64,000 bases of DNA from Azolla caroliniana (taxonomy: Eukaryota; Plantae; Polypodiophyta). The stretch is from NCBI GenBank assembly GCA_043228905.1, contig JBHGNT010000003.1:19468001-19532000 (forward strand), read 5' to 3'. Both the position numbers and the translations under genes were made by a program. Of the stretch, positions 12,977 to 26,213 are shown in pieces. The notes under the pieces were generated by a model. It worked only from the letters and a program-made list of their open reading frames with translations, was not told the DNA's origin and did no database searches. How positions within the stretch are numbered: the stretch's first letter is position 1; every line of letters begins with the position of its first letter.

Positions 12977-13630
12977 CCAATCACTTCACTTCCTTTCCTT
13001 AACCTTTGCCATCACTCCTCCCCACTCTGAAGTTACCACATTTCTTGCTCTCTTACCTCTCTGTATTCTAATCCCTCTTCCTTCTAAATGCATAAAGAAA
13101 CTGCCATTACTCTGTTTTTCTCTGTAATTTACTCTGTTCTCTTCGTCAAAATTTGCTCCCATGTCCTCTATAGAAAACAAGTCATCCAGATAAATTCAAG
13201 AGCCAAAAATAAAAAAATATCAGGTTTGTCTAATCTCTCTGAGCTTCTTCTTTACTGCCCAACAATTGCATCATATATGCGTGTTTGTGTGTTTTTATAT
13301 AACGTGTTATACACAGCATTTACATTATATATGAATGTGCATTTATGCGTACCTATATACATACATATGTATGTATTCGATAAAGTTTATGTGACATGCA
13401 ATCATAAGGTTTGTGTGACATCTATTATCACACATAAAGTTTATATGACCTTTTATCATAAAGTATATATGCATTGCATATCATAAGGTTTGTGTGACAT
13501 CTTTTGTAAGGTTTATATGGTATTGCTAATGACCAGATCTTCATTGTATGATCTATATCATAGCAGCTTCTTTTTTTGCACATATAATGCCTTGTTTTAT
13601 GATGTTGCAGGTTTAGTAAGTCAATTCACA

Positions 13631-15701
13631 ATGGAAGAACATAGAGTGGAAATTGATACAAGTTTGCCTTTCAAATCCGTCAGAGCAGCTGTGCACTTGT
13701 TTGATGATAAGAAAGATGTGAAGAAATTCAAATTACCTGAGGTAAACATCTTGTTTTCTTTTTGTGATTAATATGTTTGAATTAACGTATACCACTTAAG
13801 AAAGACTCAAATTACAAACTACGAGCTTATAACACCTTTTTCTGAATATAAGAAAAAATACTCATGAAAATTTCGTTCTCGTGAAAATAATGTAGAAGCA
13901 TGCTATAAAGGAAACAGAGTTACAAGTACTTAGAAAAGAGCTAGCCAATGCAGAGGAACGATTGAGAAAAGCCGAAAATGCCAAAGAAAAGGCTTTTGCC
14001 GATATGAACGACCCCAAGAAACTTCTAGAAATTTTGATGGATAAAGGAATGATGTTGCTCCCCCAAGAAGGAGAAGTTTCACATGCAAAAGGAAGCACAA
14101 ATGTGACAAAACAAAGCAACCTCCCAAATGATGAGATAAAACATGTTGTGTGGGAGGTTCAACTCAAAGTGGCACGAGAACAACACATGACAGCTGTATC
14201 GCAACTAGAATCTGTGAAAGAAGAGTTACAGAATGTCCGAAGAGAGCTTGGCGATTCAATTATTGAGAGAGAAAATGCTCTTAGACAAGCCGAAGAGGCG
14301 TTTATATCGGCTGAGATAAATGCGAAAAGAGTTGAAGAATTGCATCGCGAGATGTCGGGCACTAAGGAATCCTTAAGATTAGTAAAAATGGCTTGTATTG
14401 AAGCTAATAAAGAAAGAGCTGCAGCTCTTATTGCAGCCCAAAATGGAGGAAATGAATCTCATCATCATCAAAACTCACACAACGTGGCTCTCCAAGAGCT
14501 TACAGATAAGCTTTTTGTTATGAACGAGGAGGTTATCTGCTTAAAACAAGAACTATCAATGATCAAAGTACAAGAGGATATATTGGCAAAGAAATTCTCC
14601 GAAGCACTTTCCGATCTCGAGAATACCAAATCAGAGCTCAAGAAAGCATTGGCAATTGATGCTTTTTTGCATGCAAAGGTGGAATCTATGACAAAAGAAA
14701 TGGTCAACATTGAAGAGAGTGAGATGAGTGCAAAAAGGTGCATTTCGGCACTCAAGACTGAGTTGGTGAGAACAAAGTCTGAGCTAAGCTTAGCCCTCTT
14801 GGCTGAGGCTAGAGCAAACGAAGCTTTTTCAAGCCTTTCATTGGCTTTGAAAAATATTAGAGCTGAAGCCGAAGAGGCAAAGAAGAGTGCAAAAGGGGAA
14901 AAAGAGGAGGCAGAGAAAGCGAGGGCCGATGCTGAAAAAGCTAAAACAATGGCAGCATATGTTGGACTCGAACTCGAGTTTGCCTTTAAAGCAGCCGAGG
15001 AAGCTAAGGAGGCCCAGAAGATGTCCACTAAGAGATATGAAGATCTACCACAGAAAGTGAGCATAACAACAGCTTCCAGTATCAGTGATGATACACAAGG
15101 AGAGGAAAGTATCACCATATCTCAAGAAGAGTATGAGAGATTGAAGAAGGAAACCCAAAATGCCGAAAAGATCGCAAACTTGAGGGTAGCTGCAGTCACA
15201 GCACAAATAGAAGCCATGGAGATTGGTGAGCTAGAATTGCAACAAAAACTTATAACATTAAATGATGAGATCACAACGATGAAGACGAACATGAATGAAG
15301 CTATACAAAGAGCCAAGATGGCAGAAGCAGCAAAATTAGCAGTTGAAGGAGAAATGAGGAAATGGAGAGAGAAACAAGCACTTGCTAGAAAAGAAGTAAA
15401 TCATCAAAAGGAAGAACAATTCGAGAATAGGAGAGATTTCCAAGCTAATAAGTTAGTGGATCGAAGTGAAATCTTGTCACTATCACTACGAAAATCTGGG
15501 GAGTCACTGGCTCACATGTTGAGCATGAAAATGCCCCCATTTCTTGATGATGATGATGATGACTGTGATGATGAAACAAGCACATTATCAGAAATTCCAT
15601 CAGTGCATAGTCGAAAGAAGAAAAAGAAAATCTTACCTTCCTTCAACTTATTCGTGGGAAGGAAAACACAACACTCACCAGTAAGGCTAGTTGAGACATA
15701 G
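13631..15701 (+). CDS. WEB family (WEB1/PMI2-related, DUF827) coiled-coil protein, about 638 aa; join(13631..13741,13896..15701)
   Basis: N-terminal EIDTSLPFKSVRAAVHLF motif, long heptad-rich body, C-terminal KLAVEGEMRKWRE. In-frame GT-AG intron 13742-13895. Probable 5'UTR intron 13224-13610. Confidence 0.9.
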
Positions 15702-16879
15702 CCTTCTCTGAGCCTAAACCAATGAAGAAGCTCTCTTTTGTACTATTACATGAAATTAAGACTTGACCTTGTATTACGATGGAATGGCAAACCTCAAAAC
15801 ACTAGCCTTCACCAAACTCTATCTTTTCTCTTATTGTACAAATTCTTAGGGATTGACCTTGTACTATGGTGGAATTTCACATTTCAAACAATAGGCTTCA
15901 TTGTGTGACAAAAAGCATATTATGTATGTGGTTTTATGCAACTATTGAAGCAAAATATAAACAAGCACGTGCTCTTAAAGCATTAAATTTAAAGGCATCT
16001 ACTGGCACAGCCGATTGGCAGTGTTTAAGGTTTAAGGTTCTTGTCTTACAACACATTTTAGAAATGCATTTGTTTATAAATGGGAAACATCATCAAAGGG
16101 AGCTGAAACTTCACACAATATTCCACATGCTATGCTAGAAACATTCCAAAAGTTTGGTGTATATGTGCCTCCATATGTGATGAAAGACTCATGCATACAT
16201 ATATGTATGAGCCTTCATGACATGGAAAAAGTGCAGCCTATGCAGTTCTCACTCAGTTGGTAATTAACTCTAATGGAGACTAGAAGGTCATTCTCCAGTG
16301 GCATTCAGTGGCATCTCGTAAAGTAGTGCATTGCTGAGATTAAACCTGAGTGCATTGGTGACTAGCCCATGCTGATGATAAAGTATTACTAGCCTAGGGG
16401 TCCAATGTGTTAGTGATCTCAGAGTTGCATTGACATTCATGGAATGCATAAGTAATAAGAATGATATAGTTTGTCTAAGGGGTAATGAATGAGCCACAAT
16501 TTGCACGACAAGCAATTGTTAATGGTTATGAGGTTATGGTATGTGGGGGGATTAAGATCCTCAGTTGAAAAAACCTAATTCTGAAATAAGTTATAAATCT
16601 CCATGAGCATGTTATAATTATTTAAACCAACATCGTTCAATCCAACATTCATCTCATGGAAAAATCCTTTTATTTACTGGTTTTTTTTAATTATATTGTT
16701 GGACAGTAAAAACTGTGTCGGATCCTAACTATTTCAAAAGGACTTGCAAAATAATTTCTATCTTGGAAATGATTCAACAAGAGAGACATCTTGTTAGTCA
16801 ACCATTTAAGGCTAAAATCTAGTCATCTATGCAACATAAAACCTCAAAATTTCATTACGATCCATGATAATAAACTTAA

Positions 16880-17423
16880 GGGAAAAGTACCAGGATACCC
16901 CTGGAAGTTCGTCTATTTACCAGAATGCCCCTGGAAGTTCCAAATTTATTGAACTACCCCTATGTCCAAAAAAATACACATTATAAAGTAATTATACACT
17001 CAAATCTACGAGCCCTATTTACCAGAATACCCTTCAAACACAAATTTCTTTACTTAAAGAGATTCTTTGGGTCCTTTGTACTTTATAAACATATACATAT
17101 GCACATACACATATAAACACACATTCACATACACTAGCACATGCACATCCACACGCATATGCATATGCATATGCATACGCATACACATATAAACCCAATA
17201 CCCATACCTATACACATACACATACACATATACACATGTAAACCCATACCCATACCTATACACATACGCATACACATGTTTCTTTACTTGAGAGATTCTT
17301 TGGGTTCTTTGTACTTACTTTATATGTATGTGTATGCGTTTTTTGGACATAGGAGTAGTTTGGAACTTCCAGGGGCATTCTAGTAAATAGACGAACTTCC
17401 AAGGGTATCTTGGTACTTTTCCC
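16880..17423. mobile_element. Mutator-like MITE (544 bp)
   Basis: Long TIRs GGGAAAAGTACC...GGTACTTTTCCC (about 90-100 bp). Perfect 9-bp TSD TAAACTTAA at 16871-16879 and 17424-17432. Confidence 0.93.
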
Positions 17424-18181
17424 TAAACTTAATGCTGAGGTGGCCTAACTATTGATAACCATTCTTGAGATGTAATAAAGAATCGTATATTAAACATCTT
17501 CAAAACATTTTTATTTGAGATTAAACAGAAAATATCTTATGTTTATGATCTCCAAGATAAAAGTGATGTTCTGCGTAAAGATAAAAGTACAGTGTAAGCA
17601 TTGACTACAACCATTAATATTACCTAATTGAGTTCTGGGTAAAGAATATTTCATATTCATTTCCTCCAAGGCACGAGCCAAATGAGTTACAGGATTAAAC
17701 TCTAGAAATAAACAATGATCCATGAAAAACTAATCAATGCAAAAGATATGCCATTAGAAAAAAGATAGCTATTCAAACATCCCTGAGACAAATCAATCCA
17801 TTTCAACATAGTAGTCATCATATTATATTGTGCCCGTTTTGAAACAATGTTCTTTGTTTCTTCTGGAGGATGTATGTAGGTGGCCATTCAAATTATTCAT
17901 GAAATTAAGGAGTATGAATGGACGTTTTCTCACCTCGAAATGCATGCAATTTGGTGGGAGGAACGAAAAAGGGGGTATCAATGAAAAAGGAAGTTTTAAA
18001 AGAATTACTTGGGATGGCTGAATCAAATGGCTCTATAAATGACTCGATTATAGGGGTAGTTCGGGGTTTATTGCTCATCATTATTCTTTCTTGAGGAGAC
18101 TCCTAGCTTGATCACCTGCTAGAATTCTCGATATGCTTGGAAGGCACAGATTTGAATTCTTCTAGCAACCAAAATCTTGAT

Positions 18182-21100
18182 CTACAATGTCATTAGACCC
18201 CGCCTCCTAAAATACAACATGAAGGAAGCAAATACTAGAAGCCCAGCAATCGCAGTAATTATGAGAACCCACTTGAAGGCTTGTGGTTCTTCAAAGAGTT
18301 CAATTGGAATATTCATTCCAAAAATTCCTGCCACAACTCCAAAAATTGCAACCACAAAAGTCGCCATTGTCAAAATTAGTTCAAACTGGATAAGTTGGTT
18401 TCGAACATTATCCTGTCAACAAGAAGAACAATGGCACCTCAGCTAATCTCGGACTTCACCATAACTAGGAACACTTACATCAACATTAAATTACTGTCAG
18501 ACAAGAAGCGCGTCACTTGGATAATCTCAAAAAATAAAGAGGTGTTTCATAAATGCATTACAAATATACCCTTTTAAATCTTCAATTTCATGAACATGAA
18601 GTACAAAGACACATACCAGCTGTATATTGATCAAGTCCTCTGTATCGTCGATATATTCTTTTAGCTGCAATACAATAGAAAATTGGATTAAATTCACAGA
18701 ACATAAATAATATGCGTATAGGAATCACAATCCACGTACAGAAGTAAGTTTATTGAGGATTGCATCTATGACAACAAAGTAAGCCTCTAAGAGCATCTCC
18801 AACTCTTGAATGTCACTGCCGTCATCAGAAACTCTTGAGCTGCTATGTCGACTGGCTGCCATGCTAAGATTTTTATCCATTTTTCGAGACTCTGGAAGCG
18901 AGCAAACAGGAGAGACGGGAGCTGACATAGAGCCACCACCTCCGAGTCCAGCATAAAATGTACCAGCTTGTTCTTTATAAAAGTAATTCTCCAGTCTCTC
19001 CTTCTTCACAGTCAGATACATTTCAGCCATGTCCCCATCGTCATCCATAAGTTGTTCTATTTCATCTCTAACCTGTGGGATAAATCGAAGTTAGCATATA
19101 AGCTGATATATAATAGTAATTTGTTTAAACACCCAAAATCAAACACCTTTTGAACACGGCGAGTCAAAGCAAGCAGCCTACTCTTCAGTCTTCTTACACG
19201 CTCCAGATTCAATGTGCTGATCTTTGAAGTAAGCTCATCTACGGCTGGATATGCATCCGCCTCCAATTCTGTAACCTATTTGACGAACCATATCAGTTTC
19301 TCTCACAAATATCAGGTTAATCATGCAAAGTAAAATCAATGAATCTTCTGAATCACAGATTTTAGCATATACAAAACATTTACTCATTATATTGCTTTTT
19401 TACTATCTAAGGATAGGTTGTCACTTCTCTTTGGTGAGCAGTTTGGGTGGTTCCTAAAACGAATGATGAAAATTATTTTACCTAGAGTGGCTACCAGTAA
19501 ATATGTATAAAATAGTACTTCCATGAATTCAACTGACTGTAAAGTAGTTTTTTGAAGTTATGTTCTGTTTTTAGCAAAACATAGCTCGATTTTTCTAGAC
19601 CTCTTCAGTTGAAAGCTTTTACTCCTTCATACCCTCAAGTATATGTGGTTTGATTTTGTCAGGTAATTCCTTCTCATATTAAGTCATCAATGTCAAAGAG
19701 ATCTTGCATGCGAAGAAGGAATGAGTGCGATGAAGAAGGAATAGGTGCAACCAAGTGCAAGGAATAGGTGAAGAGATGGACCCCATGTGGACAGTCAAAC
19801 AAACACCTTCAATGATGAAATGCAGAAAGGCAATGAGATACGAAAAATTACTGAGCAAGATCCAACATCAACTGGACCTGGAGCAATGAGATCTGAAAGC
19901 TCAACCTATAGAGATGAACCCAGGATCAGACTTGGTTAGCTGTTCTGAAAGAAATAGGCGCTATGCTACCAACCGGAAATCATATTAATTGGTAATGTTT
20001 CGATCGAAATCCAACTTCTACTCCTAGTGGATCAGATGGATTTTGATTAGTTTCTACAGAGCGAAAGATAGAAAACAGCATCAATACAGAGAAGACGAGA
20101 ATGTGAAATCATATCTGATCTCACAGTATAGCCGTCTCACTAAAATTACATAAACCTACATAAATTAGTGCAGTAATGATAATAGCACCAATAGATACTT
20201 TGTACAGAACTATATCTGTTTAAAACAAATCAAATGCTATTAATCCAGCTAGTAGGCCTGGAACATGAGAAAGTAGTTGTTGATTCCGTTATTGGAGGGC
20301 TCCAAGATTCGGAGCAGCTTTCTTTCTAGATTTCAAGATTCAGAAAAAAATATTTTATTTCCCATGTGGAGGGTTTAAAATATATTGCAATTCGCATGTT
20401 CTGCAGATGTCCTACCCATCCATCTTTTATTGGCATTATTCCCTAAATAATTCTTGGATGAGTGATATGCAGCAACTAAGACATAATAAATGTATGTATG
20501 AATCTGTTTTATGCATATTACACTCATGTACATACATACATGCATATGTATACGGCATATATATATATGGCTCAGATGCATGCGTGTGTATATATGCATC
20601 TATGCATCACTATAATGGCCTCCAATATATATTTATTTATAAGAAGGAGTTGTGTATCTTTGGTGCCTATCTTGTTGTGCTTCTATTTGGCAGTAAACTT
20701 TCACAAAAACTTTATCATATCTTCTAATAGGATAATACACCTTAGTTTAATTTATTGTTTTGTATGCTTCAACAGAATATGAAAAGAAAATTAATACAAC
20801 AAAGCACATTCAACATTTCAAAGTGTATGCTGCAATCAAATACAAAAAGTGAACAAGCATGAAATACACTCAAAAAAGGAATCCTCGTTTGAATCTGAAA
20901 ATTTATTTGTAGATATTCTATATCACATTTCGAGTTTATCTGTGAGCATGGCTTACCTGAGTATCCAGAAAAGTGCACGCTGCTTCCAACGCAACTTCCA
21001 TAGCAAGAAATTCAAATGGCATGTAATCCCCAGATGATCCTCTGGATTCACCTATCATTTGTCGATCATGACCTGATGTCAAAGCATTGTATATCACTAC

Positions 21101-21574
21101 ACTGTTCTCCCTTCTTTCTCCCAACAAAACGTCGACAGGAGCTCCTAATGATGGCCCACCCAAAAATTTGTTCTTCACTGCCAACCTCTTTTGAAGCTCG
21201 GCGACATACTGTAGCACATAGCTGTCAAGAGAATTGAGAAGCAAGACCTCATCTGCTGTTATTATGCACCTGATTTGCTCTAAATTTACAACAATCGCTT
21301 TCTCTCTGCCTAGAATTGTTGATGGATATACAAAGAGAGGATCAAGAAGCCGAAGGTCACGGGCTGGAAGATCGCATCGTCTCATAATCTTTAACTTGTC
21401 AACCTCCATAACTTGTGAATTCCCTTCTTTGTCAATCTTGATCCAGGAACGCACACCCTGCCCTCTCTTTTTCAGACTTGATAGATCCATCCCTTGAAAA
21501 ATTGACCGTGAGGGGCGATTTTGCTCTTGCACTGCAGGACGTGGAGGTAACAAACTTGTTTTGTGGTCTGCCAT
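18182..21574 (-). CDS. MRS2: MRS2/MGT (CorA family) magnesium transporter, MRS2-1-like, about 452 aa; exons 21574-20957, 19275-19147, 19072-18740, 18664-18617, 18412-18182
   Basis: Motifs RDLRLLDPLFVYPSTILGREKAIVVNLEQIRCIITADEV, PFEFLAMEVALE, MDDDGDMAEMYLT and ELEMLLEAYF, plus the GMN motif between two hydrophobic helices. Four GT-AG phase-0 introns give a continuous frame. Confidence 0.95.
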
Positions 21575-23191
21575 TCCTGTGCTTAAACAGTAGGTACAAT
21601 GAATCCTTTTAATGCCTGAACAGAAATGGTGAGCTTGGTTATACCATGTGAGAATTTAATAATATGAGTGTCAAAATAATATATATTATGGGGCCCAATA
21701 CTGAGTTTCTTTAATTTCTTTTAAGTTTATAACTAGTGCTGACAGAAACAAATTGGTCCAATCACCATGGTGACTGTGCTCCCTGATCATTGGCAACATT
21801 GTTTTCATGCATCACAGCAACAGAATCCTATAAACAGTTCACTACTCTCTGAAAATGAACGGATGGCTTTCTAGATGACATACGGAAGAAACCTCAAGCT
21901 TCTGCAGGGTTATCAGAAACAAAGAACTGGTCCTATGACTTTGCAATGATGTCTGAGACCCTTCATTTGACAATTAGTAGCAAAAAACTGAATACAGAAA
22001 GCATTTGCAAGGTTTCAGTACATAGGAACTAAATCATCATTTCTCTAATCTCAGCAGAAATTAAATGAGTGATGGATGGCATGTCACATATGTAGGAAAT
22101 GTGAGCTAGAAAAAACAAGGAACTGAATTTTATGACTTTGCAAATTGCAGCAATTTGCAATACTACAAAACCTACACAAATAGCATACACTGATAAGAAG
22201 AGATAGCATATGATGGAAGGACATGGACTAAACCAGTGTTCCCTAATATCACCAATGGAAATGATGACCTTCTTGGATGACAGAGAGAGGGATTGCAAGG
22301 CCTTCTGAATAAATCAAAATATTCTTAGAGCATCGTCTTTGGCCTTCTGGATAAGTCAATGATTAGCAAACGGCGAAGGCAATCATATACATGGGAATGA
22401 ATTGCACAAACAAAAAACCCATGAACTAAAATGTGTTCTCTAAGCTCAGCAAATGAGCCTTCTGGATTAGATAAAGAGAAGACCAACCTTAGCAAGATTA
22501 ATCATTTTTCTCTGAGAATGAACTATTGCCAATTGTAGGACAGAAAGACCAGGACACACAACAATCTTTACAAAAGGCAAGAAAGAGTTGACTTTGCAGA
22601 AAATCTTGCAATCTACAAGGTCACTTCTGGATGATCTAATGCCATTTAGAGTCTAGACTACACAAGTGGACATAGTGTGCACTGCGATCTTCACGCAAAG
22701 CAGGAAAGTATATGACTCTACAGCAATTCACAGCCTTACTTACCAATCTACACGGCATATATGAAGCAGAGCAAAAACTAATGCAAGACCCATAAGTACT
22801 TGTACGTCTGTGTTCCTATTTTGCTCCGAGGTATGTTTCCTTCCTTCTATATTCAAAAATGTATTTCCTTCAATTAGAGGCATTTCCTGATTACAATGTG
22901 AGAACCATTTCCTTTTTCGATTGCAAATCGTATGTATTCTTCAATATTTGAAGATCAAACATTGTGAGGGCTGTTTTCGTCTATATTCTCAGATCTTTTG
23001 CCCTCTACAGTCAGGAGCTTGTTCCAGACTATATTCTAAATTCCGTTTCCCTCTGTATTAACTCAGAACCATTTCCTTCTAAATCCCGTTTCCGAGAGCC
23101 GTTTCTTCATCAGCCCGTTTCCTGCTTACATTCTGATGCAGCTTACAGAAGAATAAGACGAGATAAAGAGTAAGCGGCAGAGCAACCATAC

Positions 23192-23520
23192 CTTGGGAAC
23201 GCAGAAGCGAAACGCATAGCCTGATGAAGAATAGAATAGGCCCAGCCTTCTGCTCACAGTAGTACAAACGGTGTGGGCGGAGAGAATCAACGCAGAGGGC
23301 ATAAAGGGAGCAGCGAGACACTGCAAGACAGAAGAAGCGATGAAGAGGAGGAGGAGGGGTGGGGGGCAGGCGTAGGTATGGAGAAGGAGAAGGAGAAGGA
23401 AGAGAGAGAGAGGGGGAACCTTCTGCATGATCTGGCTGAAAGAGGAGGCTCTTCTTCTGCTGCTGCTGCTGATGGCGATGGCGATGGTGGGAAAGGGCGA
23501 GCTTTGCGGTTTCTCTGATC
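23192..23520 (-). other. putative non-coding first exon (5'UTR) of the MRS2 gene
   Basis: CT-rich leader on the minus strand ending in the donor CCCAAG|GTATGG at 23192/23191. Candidate acceptor near 21616. The start is approximate. Confidence 0.5.
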
Positions 23521-23603
23521 CGCAGGCTATGGAGTCTGTCATCCAAAACCCCTGCGCCTCCCCTGCCTCTCTCTACCCTCCCCTGTTTTAGCCATGGCCC
23601 ACC

Positions 23604-24018
23604 ACATACATACATACATACATACATACATAACATACATACATACATACATATACATACCCACATACATACATACATACATATGCATACCCACATACAT
23701 ACATACATACATACATATGCATACCCACATACATACATACATACATATGCATACCCACATACATACATACATATACATACCCACATACATACATACATAT
23801 TCATAGTACATACCCACATACATACATACATACATACACATACACATACATACATACATATACATACCCACATACATACATACATACATATACATACCCA
23901 CATACATACTACATACACATACACATACATACATACATATACATACCCCCACATACATACATACATACACACACACATACATACACACATCTACATATAC
24001 ATATACATACATACACAC
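23604..24018. repeat. compound (CATA)n microsatellite with higher-order units
   Basis: About 415 bp of CATA interrupted by recurring CATACCCA units. Confidence 0.95.
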
Positions 24019-24465
24019 TACAATTTTCAGCTCATGCCATCAAATGTGTGCTGTGATGTGCATGATCTGTGCCACACCGTTTGTGGTACATGTTGACTAT
24101 ATGATTAGATCCTTTTGTGAACAATGGAATGCGCTTTTACTGTCTTCCGTCTCTCCGTATCTAGCGATCATATGAATCAGATTTGAGCATGTATTTCAAC
24201 ACAATATGATACCGTCAATTGGCCAATACATGAAATGAGAAGAGATCCATAAGTGGCATCTATTTTAGTACCATATGATACAGGCATTGGGTAAAACTCC
24301 GGTCAACCATATGATAAGTAGGTTCATTAGGTGAATCTCGGCCATCCATTCATATACACTACAAAACTTTATGATATACAAAATGTATCAAATAGTATAT
24401 TCATATACAAAATGGGCCAATTACAAAAATGGTTGATTCATATAAAAAGGAAATTGGAGGACGAG

Positions 24466-26213
24466 ATGGAGGAACAGGGAAGAGAGAGAGTGTAGCAGAG
24501 AGCCACCTCAACGACACAACAGGGGAACTCTAAAGAAGCATCCCCGCCAACAGAATCTAAGGAGAGGCCTCTACCGATCGTATTCTCGAGAGAAGAAGAG
24601 GTTGAATTCAAATCAGAGATTCAACGTCTAACTCAACTCTCCGTGATCTGTAGAGTGGTGGGAGCTTGGCCGAATAGAGGTGAGTGCAAAGATTTGTTAC
24701 AAGCATTTATGCATGGATTAATTGGTAGGATAATAGATGTCCAATTTATGGGACGAGGATTTTATCATGTGGAATTGGATACAATCGAATCAGTGGGCAT
24801 AATGTTGGAACATAGTCCTCTTGATGTAAGAGGTGCCCGTGCATTTCTGATGCCTTGGAAACAAGGTTTTAATCCTATGGAGGCAATACGGAAAGGAGAT
24901 CGGATATTTCCATTAACGATTGTCTTCCCGGGATTATGAAAGGAGTATTTACCAATGCTTGGAGCAATAGCTTCGAGGATCGGAATAGTAGTGAGAGTTC
25001 AAGAAAGTATGGCTATGCGATTAACTAAAATGTCGGGATTTCCGTCAGCCTGAATCTTGGTAGGATCACTCGAAAACTTACCTACAAAGGTAATGCTACC
25101 AAATGAAGAAGGGGATTCTATAGAACAAAAGGTGGAGTTTGCCGGACTCCCTGGACAATGCTTCTATTGTCGACAAATGGGACATTTAGCCAAGAATTGC
25201 CCAAGGAGAAATGTTAAACTGGAGGAAAAAAAAGGTTGTTGCGAATATTGTAAACAAGAAGGGCATGAGGCAGATAAATGTCAAGAGAAACTAGCCTCAG
25301 ATTGTATGGGTGTACGGGCACAAGGGGAAACATGAGACAATCAATGGATAGATGTAAAGGCTAAGCATGGATGCAAAACACGTACGGTGCCTATGCAAGA
25401 GACATGCCTCACCCCTAATGCGTATAATGCATTGGACATAGAAACTGATACACAAGAACAACCAACATCCACTGCTGAGATAAGGGGGGAAAAGGTTAGT
25501 ACCATCCAACCAAATGATAGATGTGTCAAGTCAAGAACATTTCGTTCGAAAAGAACATTACGATCGCAAAAATCTAATAATGCGATCACAATAACAACAT
25601 GTGGAATGTTGAAGGAGGATACCGGAAATGGTGGGTTTTCAATGCTTGATTATGCAGCCCCCTTTGGGCATGATTTCACAAAGCATTTGGGTGTTAAAGA
25701 TGTTCATGAACCCAATGCAATAAGGGTCCATGTTTTATTTAGACAAAAACAAGTGGACAACCCATTTGTCGGTTATTCCTTTCCATTATGTGGTTATGAG
25801 AGAAGTGACATATGGAATCAACCGAACGTTATGTTGGCCCTGAGAGGACAAGTTTTGTATTTTGCCAAATACGTGCAAAATCCTCAATTGGGGGAAACAA
25901 TATTGAGGGGGTTAGAGAATGCAAGTTGTTCAGTGGTTCCGTATTTGGATGCAATGAACCGCAAGCATGTGTTGTATTGGATGTACCTTCCGATATATTA
26001 TTTGATTTTGGATATGTTTATATTCATGAAGATGATGTGCCGGAAAGCCAAGCCAAGGCTCGGGCCCATCATCATTGGCGATTCCTTAAAGAAGGTTGTG
26101 ACATACTCAAAAGCCAAATGGTGATTATGGGAGATGGGGGGGGCGTAAGCTCCGTGGAACCATCCTCTAGGACTCGTAGGATTGGGTTTGGTTCGGCCTC
26201 TAACAATTGTTAA
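24466..26213 (+). pseudogene. LINE ORF1 (DUF4283-like, two CCHC knuckles, extra C-terminal region) with premature stops
   Basis: CFYCRQMGHLAKNC and CEYCKQEGHEADKC. Fragments starting at 24643, 25057 and 25387 share one frame. Probable frameshift near 25970. Confidence 0.8.

Noticed and set aside
17054-17383. His/Tyr-rich ORFs
   Set aside because: Microsatellite core of the Mutator MITE.
23079-24096. Long ORFs of MYVC/HTYI repeats
   Set aside because: Translation artefacts of the CATA microsatellite.
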